From the IMG/VR virus record IMGVR_UViG_3300018044_000001, positions 24,573 to 88,572 of that record: a stretch of 64,000 bases of DNA; one strand, 5' to 3'. The notes beneath the pieces were generated by a model, which was given only the letters and a program-made list of their open reading frames with translations, searched no databases and was not told where the DNA came from. The translations under genes and the position numbers were made by a program. Source of the stretch: a virus. Shown piece by piece: positions 38,154 to 45,141 of the stretch (within the stretch, counting starts at the first letter, position 1; the number at the start of each line of letters is the position of its first letter).

Positions 38154-38216
38154 ATGGCGCAACGCCTACACGCGCAGTGCACAGCGCCACCTCCACCCAC
38201 TTCCTCGGCGTTGCAG

Positions 38217-38300
38217 CGGATGACGGGCCATTCGAAGACCAAGCCGTGAAGCTCACACCGCTTTCGAGGCGGGTCTGGTTCCCTGTCCAGTTCATCATCC
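38217..38300 (-). tRNA. tRNA-Ser(CGA), 8/4 fold
   Basis: GGATGATG/CGTCATCC; T-stem GGTC/GGCC; loop CT-CGA-AA. Confidence 0.82.
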
Positions 38301-38304
38301 AGAG

Positions 38305-38389
38305 CGGTAGGGTGAGAGCACGATTCCCAGGCCAAGAGGCCCCAGACGGGTTCAAGCCGTCGCCGCTAACCCTGAACGGTTACCCTACC
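38305..38389 (-). tRNA. tRNA-Ser(TGA), 8/4 fold
   Basis: GGTAGGGT/ACCCTACC; GACGG-CTTGAAC-CCGTC. Confidence 0.8.
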
Positions 38390-38390
38390 G

Positions 38391-38474
38391 CGGAAGACGG
38401 GATACTCGAAAACCACACCTTGCAGTGCGCACTCGTTAGCAGCGAGGCCCGGCACCCTGTCCGGTTCGTCTTCC
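38391..38474 (-). tRNA. tRNA-Ser(GCT), 8/4 fold
   Basis: GGAAGACG/CGTCTTCC; loop CT-GCT-AA. Confidence 0.8.
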
Positions 38475-38478
38475 TTAG

Positions 38479-38551
38479 CGTCGCCGGTGGGACTCGAACC
38501 CACATCTCCCATTACGGCTACCGACTTAGGAGGTCGGGCCGGTACGACGAC
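38479..38551 (-). tRNA. D-armless tRNA-Arg(CCT)-like gene
   Basis: GTCGTCG/CGGCGAC; CCGAC-CTCCTAA-GTCGG; no D-arm. Confidence 0.7.
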
Positions 38552-38552
38552 A

Positions 38553-38626
38553 TGGAGCCTACGCACAGAGTTGAACTGTGATCTCTGGTGTACCACGCCA
38601 GGACTCTTCCGCTGAGCTACGCAGGC
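38553..38626 (-). tRNA. tRNA-Thr(GGT)
   Basis: Loop GT-GGT-AC; encoded CCA. Confidence 0.8.
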
Positions 38627-38736
38627 AATAGGTAGAGCTTCCCACACTCCCGAGTGCGTACATTCACCCGGCTACGTCGTAAACGACGGGTGTACCAGAT
38701 GGCGTTGGCTGTCATGGCTGGTGGTAAAACGGCTCG

Positions 38737-38810
38737 TACCCCCGGCACGATTCGAACGCGCGTCTCCTGATCCGTAGTCAGGTGCTACAAATCCACTCAG
38801 CTACGGGGGC
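38737..38810 (-). tRNA. tRNA-Arg(ACG)
   Basis: CCTGA-CTACGGA-TCAGG. Confidence 0.9.
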
Positions 38811-38811
38811 A

Positions 38812-38889
38812 TGGCGGAAATGACGGGATTCGAACCCGCGGTCTGGACCTTGACGGGGTCCCGAGGACGGCCAACTCCTCTACATCTCC
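38812..38889 (-). tRNA. tRNA-Asp(GTC)
   Basis: GGACC-CCGTCAA-GGTCC; GCCA end. Confidence 0.88.
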
Positions 38890-38893
38890 ATCG

Positions 38894-38966
38894 CTCCGAG
38901 GGGAGGATTCGGACCCCCGACATCAAGGTTCAGAGCCTTGCGTTCTGCCCACTGAACTACCTCGGA
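38894..38966 (-). tRNA. tRNA-Gln(CTG)
   Basis: CAAGG-CTCTGAA-CCTTG. Confidence 0.88.
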
Positions 38967-38971
38967 ATGAG

Positions 38972-39045
38972 TCTGGGTGGCAGGATTTGAACCTGCGCTC
39001 TCCTGGTCCCAGGCCAGGCGCGTTTCCAAGCTTCGCTACACCCAG
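38972..39045 (-). tRNA. tRNA-Pro(TGG)
   Basis: CCTGG-CCTGGGA-CCAGG; C1:G72, A73. Confidence 0.88.
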
Positions 39046-39048
39046 TTG

Positions 39049-39120
39049 TCCACCTGAAGGGAATCGAACCCCCACGAACTCGTTAAGAGCGAGTCACGCT
39101 AGCCATTACGTCACAGGTGG
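39049..39120 (-). tRNA. tRNA-Lys(CTT)
   Basis: ACTCG-CTCTTAA-CGAGT; overlaps the 3' end of the HNH ORF. Confidence 0.85.
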
Positions 39121-39742
39121 TCAATCGTGCAATATGTTTACGGATGGCATTATCCGACACGCCTAGCTTGCGACCCAGTTGTAGGTAGTTGCTGTCTTGC
39201 AACATGGCAAGTAGTTCGTCCAGGGGTGGCCATGCGATCTTTGTCTTATGCGGCACCTTGTAACGGCGCTGTACTTTGACTTTGGGTGGCTTCTCTGGAT
39301 TGGTGACCTGAGCATGACAGTTCGGACACAGAAACCGCAAGTTCTCTTTGCGGTCGTCCTCCCAATCGTTGTTAATATGGTCAACCTCTAGCACCAGTGA
39401 GTGGCCCTGCCACTTTCCAGTGTTGTCGCAGCCTTCGCAGCGATATTCCATGCCCGATTCGATCATCGCTCGGCGCAGTCGCACTGCTTGCTGTCGCCTC
39501 GATCCGGGTGCTTTCAGAACCAGAACTTGGTCCCATGTCATTTTCTGGGGGGACGCCTTGCCGCGACGAGAAGCTTGTCCCAAGAAATGCGATGTGTCAA
39601 TTCCTAACGTCTTGATCTTGCGAGAGATCCACGTATGAGTACCACCGGCTTGTCGTCTGCCGAGACGACGAATAACTTCGGCAACAGAAACACTGCTGGC
39701 GACAGCCGTTCTCAATTCGGTTTCATCAATCAATCTGTACAT
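39083..39742 (-). CDS. HNH homing endonuclease inserted in the tRNA array
   Basis: CEGC...LEVDHINNDWEDDRKENLRFLCPNCH, with flanking HTH-like segments. Confidence 0.9.
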   Translation of the reverse strand: MYRLIDETELRTAVASSVSVAEVIRRLGRRQAGGTHTWISRKIKTLGIDTSHFLGQASRRGKASPQKMTWDQVLVLKAPGSRRQQAVRLRRAMIESGMEYRCEGCDNTGKWQGHSLVLEVDHINNDWEDDRKENLRFLCPNCHAQVTNPEKPPKVKVQRRYKVPHKTKIAWPPLDELLAMLQDSNYLQLGRKLGVSDNAIRKHIARLTTCDVMASVTRS

Positions 39743-39827
39743 AATGCAACATCCTGTCTCTACACAGGGGGTGGGGCGTTGGGTGGTAGAGCACCCGCAG
39801 CCCCATGAAACGCCTCTACGCGTTCAG

Positions 39828-39909
39828 TACGGACGGAGAGATTCGAACTCTCAACGAGCAAAGCTCAGTGGGGCCTAGACCCACCGCGTAACCATTCCGC
39901 CACGTCCGC
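39828..39909 (-). tRNA. tRNA-Leu(TAG)
   Basis: GTGGG-TCTAGGC-CCCAC; long variable arm. Confidence 0.85.
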
Positions 39910-39910
39910 G

Positions 39911-39985
39911 TGGTGGAGGATAAGGGAGTCGAACCCTTAATTCCTGCGTGCAAAACAGGTGTGTTTCCGCTAGCACTAATCCCCC
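39911..39985 (-). tRNA. tRNA-Ala(TGC)
   Basis: G3:U70; loop TT-TGC-AC; ACCA end. Confidence 0.9.
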
Positions 39986-40052
39986 ATGGAAACCGCCAGC
40001 TGACATGGTAGAACCAGCCCGACCTATTACGGGATCGGTGCTGACGGCTTCG

Positions 40053-40136
40053 TCACAGCGGTGGGAGTCGAACCCACGTAGCACAAGGCGCTGGTTTTAC
40101 GGACCAGAGCAACAATCCGACAGTTGCCTCACTGTG
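40053..40136 (-). tRNA. tRNA-Tyr(GTA) with C1:G72
   Basis: CTGGT-CCGTAAA-ACCAG; long variable arm. Confidence 0.8.
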
Positions 40137-40211
40137 TAGACTACGATGTCAAGGACCACATCGACTGTACTGCGGCGACGCCTTCATGGCTAGTCGTCCA
40201 GTCTCTCTGCG

Positions 40212-40283
40212 CGGGACCGCCAGGAGTCGAACCTGGTTTTGAGAGGTTTTGGAGACCTCGTGCCTACCCGTTGGCTCGTTCCC
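40212..40283 (-). tRNA. tRNA-Trp(CCA)
   Basis: GAGGT-CTCCAAA-ACCTC; G73. Confidence 0.82.
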
Positions 40284-40298
40284 ATCAGCCAAAACGGA

Positions 40299-40328
40299 AC
40301 ATTACCACGTGCACGCGTCGCTTGTCAA
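40299..40328 (-). promoter_or_regulatory. Promoter of the tRNA array
   Basis: TTGACA-18 nt-TAATGT with extended TG, just upstream of the first tRNA. Confidence 0.7.
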
Positions 40329-40329
40329 G

Positions 40330-40809
40330 TCACAGCCCACACTCAGGTGCAGTCTGCCACGCGTGCCACGGGTTGCCCCACACCCTCAGATCATAATGCC
40401 ACAGTGCCAACGCGGCAGCATCCTGTACCGCTGGTGACGCTTCATTCGGCACGCCCACGAAACCAAGCGATTGCCAAGTTATCTCACTGAACTGGTAGGC
40501 CCCACCATCTGGTTCGTCACCTGAAATCTGGTAATCCCCGCCAGACTCATGCTCCCTGATGCATGCCCAGTCCGCTGTTGTGGTCGATGTGGCATCCGTC
40601 ATGGGACGTGATACCGAAGCGACTGGCAAGGTAGTCGTTGTCGTCAGTCTCGTGGCAAGTGCAATCACAGAAGGCGTTGAACCTACCCGGCTGATGTGAC
40701 CCTGCGTACGTGCCGCAACCACGTGGTGAGCAACGCGCACAGGGACAACCCGCGAACCTGACAGAACCACCACGATCGTCAGTAGTAGCGCTCCCGCGCG
40801 GCGGTGCAT
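40330..40809 (-). CDS. Rpf-like lytic transglycosylase with N-terminal signal/anchor
   Basis: DWACIREHESGG, GGAYQFS..TW, EASPAVQ motifs. Confidence 0.85.
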   Translation of the reverse strand: MHRRAGALLLTIVVVLSGSRVVPVRVAHHVVAARTQGHISRVGSTPSVIALATRLTTTTTLPVASVSRPMTDATSTTTADWACIREHESGGDYQISGDEPDGGAYQFSEITWQSLGFVGVPNEASPAVQDAAALALWHYDLRVWGNPWHAWQTAPECGL

Positions 40810-40906
40810 TCATCGCACCCTTCTTCCACCACGGTAGTAGTCGAAAACGTCACTGATCCTGGTTGCTCGCGTCATGGTGTCCTCCGTAGTTCCTCATCAC
40901 ACGATG

Positions 40907-41767
40907 TTACACGCCTTGCAGCGCCCGCGCGATGCCTTCCTCTAAGGTAACCTGTGGCTCGTAGAATGTGTTCAACTGTGTTGTGTCTGCTACACGATAC
41001 CGTGCCCCGGCGGGCTTGTCAATCTCGTAGCACAACTCAGGACTGTACCCGCGCGCCTCCGTGACCAGTCGTGCCAGGGCGGTGAAGTTCGTAGCGCGCC
41101 CGTTGCCGATGTTGACCGGCCCATCAATCTCGCGCACGACAGCAGCAAGCACCGCGTTTACGATGTCATCGACGTGCACGAAGTCACGCACCTGCGTCCC
41201 GTCGCCCCAGATCACGAACGGGTCGTGCTGTTTCCTGGCGCGCTTGATGAAACTCGGGAACGGGTAGTTCTTGGACTGATCCGTCCCGTAGCCACTGAAC
41301 GGACGAACGACAGTGACCGGCAACCCCTCATCGCGGGCAGCTTTCGCCAATATCTCGCCGGTCAGTTTCTCCCAGCCGTACAGCGCGTCAGGTGAGCGAA
41401 CGTTATCAAGGTCAATGTCGTCCTCGTGCATCGGACGCTTGATCCACAACGGGTACGTGGCGCACGAACTGAAGAACACGACGCGTCGCTGCTTCGTCTT
41501 CAGTGCCCACTGGAACATCGCGGCATCCATCTCAATGTTCTCGGCATTGACGAACGGGTGCTTTTCTCTGGTGTCTCGGTCAGGAATGACTGCGGCGAGA
41601 TGCAGAACCAGATCGAACCGGCGATCCTCTTTGCGAAAGTACCTGCGGCAGTCAACGGGCTTGCTGGCACGCGTGTCAATGCCCAGTACGTCATATCCGT
41701 CCGCGTCAAGTGCTTGAACGAAATGACGACCGAGGAAGCCTTCGCTGCCGGTGACGAGTGCCTTCAT
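40907..41767 (-). CDS. NAD-dependent epimerase/dehydratase
   Basis: VTGSEGFLG, FSS, YGWEK, GDGTQVRDFVHVDD. Confidence 0.92.
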   Translation of the reverse strand: MKALVTGSEGFLGRHFVQALDADGYDVLGIDTRASKPVDCRRYFRKEDRRFDLVLHLAAVIPDRDTREKHPFVNAENIEMDAAMFQWALKTKQRRVVFFSSCATYPLWIKRPMHEDDIDLDNVRSPDALYGWEKLTGEILAKAARDEGLPVTVVRPFSGYGTDQSKNYPFPSFIKRARKQHDPFVIWGDGTQVRDFVHVDDIVNAVLAAVVREIDGPVNIGNGRATNFTALARLVTEARGYSPELCYEIDKPAGARYRVADTTQLNTFYEPQVTLEEGIARALQGV

Positions 41768-42432
41768 CACGAACCGTCCACGTGCCTGTGCAGCATGATC
41801 CACGGATTGACGTTGCCAGGTGCAGGATGCGGCCACACGTAAGGCTGTATGTCGTGTTGCCACAGTACGAACGGCAGGCTCACCTGATCCTGTAGCGTCC
41901 AGCGTTCTATCTCGTTCATCCACGCAAGCATAGCATCGTCAAGACGACGGGAACGACCGCGCGCCAGACAGCCGGAACTCCAAAGTCCGGCATGCTCGGG
42001 ATAGCCGCAGGAGCGGTAGTATTCTGCTTGTTCGCGCACTGGCTGGTCGATGTACTTCGGCAAGTCCACGCTGTCGCTCGCCTCTTTGTACAAGCAATCG
42101 TTCCAAGAATGTCGGAACAACGCAAGACGGTCATGACCGATGTCGGCTAGTGCCTGCTCTACGAACTCGGGCGACGTGACCTCCATGCTGGCGTCTATCC
42201 AGATCGTGTAATCGTAGGACAGCAACGTCGTCAACTGCGGTCCGAGCACTTTGTACTCTTTGGCAGCAAGTCGCGGATGGACGGTTGATCGGCGTACCTT
42301 CACTTGCCAATCTGTCCGACTCGTGAGATTGTCGTCATCGGTGAAGGCAATGAAGTCAACGCCGGGAATGGCACTGTGCGGCTTCAGCGAGTCGTAGGCA
42401 CCGAAGAGTGCGGTGTAGCAGGCGACGGTCAC
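41767..42432 (-). CDS. Glycosyltransferase-like protein (DUF616-like)
   Basis: YTALFGAYD, IWIDAS, QDQVSLP motifs. Confidence 0.75.
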   Translation of the reverse strand: MTVACYTALFGAYDSLKPHSAIPGVDFIAFTDDDNLTSRTDWQVKVRRSTVHPRLAAKEYKVLGPQLTTLLSYDYTIWIDASMEVTSPEFVEQALADIGHDRLALFRHSWNDCLYKEASDSVDLPKYIDQPVREQAEYYRSCGYPEHAGLWSSGCLARGRSRRLDDAMLAWMNEIERWTLQDQVSLPFVLWQHDIQPYVWPHPAPGNVNPWIMLHRHVDGS

Positions 42433-43232
42433 CGGTAGCTATTGATCGTCTCTATCAGTGCGTCAAGCTTGAACTCTGGACGCTCCACCAACCTGTCCCA
42501 CCCCTCGCCCTTTGCATACAGTCGCGTATTGGGTCGTTCGCCAACGCGCATGGGCAACCGCTTGACTTGTGACGAGGAATGAGTGTGCTGGATCACCATC
42601 TGTGCGACACGATTGACCGACCATTCCCTGCCGCTGCCAGCATCGAATATCTCGTCATCGCCGAATGCAATGGCCTGTACAAGAACGGACGCGATGTCTG
42701 ACGCGGACACGAGGTCAACAGTCTGCTCGCCGTTGCCCCATATCGGGATCGTCTCGCCGCGCCATGCCAGTGTAGAAAAGGTCGGGATGATCTTCTGCGG
42801 ATGACCCGGCCCGTACTTCTGCCCGATACCGAACGCGTTGTACGCTCGCACGTGTGCAACAGGTACGCCAAACGACTCGTGCCAAGCCGTCGCCAGTGTC
42901 CGAGCACATAACTTGGTTGCCTGGTACACGTTGGCCCAGACTGTCGGCATCGTGATCCCGACATAGCTGGCACCGTTCAGTCTGCAATACTCCAGCACTC
43001 GCTGGGTGCCCTTGACGTTCACATCAACGGCATGGTCAAAGTCATTGAACAACTCAGCGGTGCCCAACACACCGGCAAGATGGATCACTGCATCAGCGAG
43101 CGGAGTGGACGGACCGATGTCAAGCACGCTGTCGGGTCGGTCTAGGATAATCGCATCCTGCCCAGCATCCCAAAGCGCATCTTGTACGTACTGTCCGAGA
43201 AACCCGTTGCCGCCCGTAACGAGTACCTTCAT
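42429..43232 (-). CDS. NAD-dependent epimerase/dehydratase
   Basis: VTGGNGFLG, IHLAG, YQATK. Confidence 0.9.
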   Translation of the reverse strand: MKVLVTGGNGFLGQYVQDALWDAGQDAIILDRPDSVLDIGPSTPLADAVIHLAGVLGTAELFNDFDHAVDVNVKGTQRVLEYCRLNGASYVGITMPTVWANVYQATKLCARTLATAWHESFGVPVAHVRAYNAFGIGQKYGPGHPQKIIPTFSTLAWRGETIPIWGNGEQTVDLVSASDIASVLVQAIAFGDDEIFDAGSGREWSVNRVAQMVIQHTHSSSQVKRLPMRVGERPNTRLYAKGEGWDRLVERPEFKLDALIETINSYR

Positions 43233-43738
43233 CGCGACACCCTGATAATCGTCTCCGTACGGCTATCAATCGTCTCAACGGTATAGTCGCAACCGTCTAA
43301 ACGATCCGTGATGTCCGACAGACAAAACGACAATACCGGCACGAAGTCCCGTGCGCTGATGATCTCGTGTGTTTCATCCGCTAGACTTGTATACAGTGCT
43401 ATGAACAATCGAGATGTGAAACTGGTTACTGCGTTATCGAGTATCCGCGCCCAGTCGTAGTTGTGTTCAAGAACATAACGCAACACAATGCCGGGCACAC
43501 ACGAACGATAAGTGGTCAGGTCGGTCACGATATCGGCATATGGCGACTTTGATCCATCAATACCACGATAACGATCGGGAGGGACGATGAACTGGCGTAA
43601 CCATCCCCCTCCGCATCCCCAGTCCTCGACCAAAGCACAGTCGGCCGTCCACTGAGTCGCCAGCAGATAGCTCTCGGGGTCGCCATACATCATGGGACCA
43701 GTGAGATGATCATACAGGTGTGACCACTTGCCCATCAT
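43229..43738 (-). CDS. SAM-dependent methyltransferase-like protein
   Basis: VEDWGCGGG, YRGID, VLEH. Confidence 0.7.
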   Translation of the reverse strand: MMGKWSHLYDHLTGPMMYGDPESYLLATQWTADCALVEDWGCGGGWLRQFIVPPDRYRGIDGSKSPYADIVTDLTTYRSCVPGIVLRYVLEHNYDWARILDNAVTSFTSRLFIALYTSLADETHEIISARDFVPVLSFCLSDITDRLDGCDYTVETIDSRTETIIRVSR

Positions 43739-43744
43739 GAGAAG

Positions 43745-44374
43745 TCATCTTCCATTTGTTGTTGAGCTTCTACCCCAGTCGCCTATGCCATACAACCATG
43801 TATCTTCGGGCACACATACGAAACGCGCGCCAGCACACGCGAGATGATACCACGCCGCCCAGTCCTCGCAGTTGATGTTCGTGCCAGCAAAGTGACCGCC
43901 ACCACCGAATCCGGGTGGTCCTATCCAATCGGTCGGCCAACCACCGACCTGTCGCAACAGGCTCGTGCGTATTACCGCAGCAGAGGCATCGATCCAATTC
44001 TGACGAGTGAACTCAGCAACCAATCGCTCGCTGCTCCACCCGTTGCAATCAACACGCGGACGATTGTGGTTGGCATCAAACGTGTAACATACATCAGCGT
44101 CATCAAGATACGGCAACACCGTCGCGATGTGGTGCGGTAGCAACTGGTCGTCGTCCGCCAGACGCATGACAAATTCAGTCGTCGCCGCTGTCAACAACTG
44201 GTTCTGTTGTGCTGCGCCGTGTATCGGAGCGAAGATGCCCTCCGTGCACGACTGAGCACAGATCAGGTGACTGTCAACCTCAACCGTCTGTTCATAGACA
44301 GACTTGATGGTCTGCGCTAGTAACTCCTCGCGACCGGGAATCGTCGCCGTTAAGACCGTCACGGGGGATCTCAT
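43745..44374 (-). CDS. Glycosyltransferase family 2
   Basis: LADDD, VGGW, EDW motifs. Confidence 0.82.
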   Translation of the reverse strand: MRSPVTVLTATIPGREELLAQTIKSVYEQTVEVDSHLICAQSCTEGIFAPIHGAAQQNQLLTAATTEFVMRLADDDQLLPHHIATVLPYLDDADVCYTFDANHNRPRVDCNGWSSERLVAEFTRQNWIDASAAVIRTSLLRQVGGWPTDWIGPPGFGGGGHFAGTNINCEDWAAWYHLACAGARFVCVPEDTWLYGIGDWGRSSTTNGR

Positions 44375-45141
44375 GCCAGTATCCTCTGCGCGTAGTCGTA
44401 CAAGCGCGTGCCCTCGCCGAACAACTCGGCATAGGTATCGGGCTTGGTGTCACGCCAATAAGCGAGCGAAGCGCGGATATTCTGGCCCCAGTCACTACGG
44501 GGACGAATGGCACTGTGCTCAATGCTGCCGGGGATCTCTGCCAACCACTCTTCGCTGCCAGTGCAGTCAGGAAAGTAGAACGCACCCGCACCCGGCATGA
44601 AGCCCGCGTGGATCAGTCTCATCTCGTGCTCCACGTGTTCCATCGAGTTCAGCATGTTCTCATCGAACAAGCCGACCGACTCTAGGCATTGCCGCGAGAA
44701 GATGGTGAACGCACCAATCGAATGCGGCCAGTATGTAATGGGACCGGCGGCATCGCCGGGGATGCCAGAGTTTGCGGGGCCGTGCGCGTGAAACGAAAGG
44801 TGGTGCATGCCTGTCGTCTCGCACGCGTCCACGTACTTGGTAATGACCTTGCTGTTCTGGACGAGGATGTCGTCCTCGATCAGCACCAACCACTCTGCAC
44901 CTGTGTCTAGCATGGCACGCAGCAAGTGATTCTTGCTCTTGGCGACGCCTTCGTTGATGGGCGCTTCTTGAACAGTGCAATCAAGCCTTGCGAACGCCCT
45001 TTTGTATTCCCCTCGGAACTTGACATCACTACCATCATTGTGTACGAACACAGGATGCGGCAGAGGCTTCAGTGATCGAAGGCATTTGAAGAGGTAAGAT
45101 GGGCGATTGCACGTAGTAACGCCGATCGCGACGAAGGTCAT
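44371..45141 (-). CDS. Glycosyltransferase family 2
   Basis: TTCNRP, NDGS, IEDD, VGLFDE. Confidence 0.85.
   Translation of the reverse strand: MTFVAIGVTTCNRPSYLFKCLRSLKPLPHPVFVHNDGSDVKFRGEYKRAFARLDCTVQEAPINEGVAKSKNHLLRAMLDTGAEWLVLIEDDILVQNSKVITKYVDACETTGMHHLSFHAHGPANSGIPGDAAGPITYWPHSIGAFTIFSRQCLESVGLFDENMLNSMEHVEHEMRLIHAGFMPGAGAFYFPDCTGSEEWLAEIPGSIEHSAIRPRSDWGQNIRASLAYWRDTKPDTYAELFGEGTRLYDYAQRILA

Noticed and set aside
36086-40300. Many ORF-track ORFs across the tRNA array, including the first 87 codons of 35576-36346
   Set aside because: They overlap clear tRNA genes; only the two HNH genes and the 60-aa membrane ORF have SDs and plausible products
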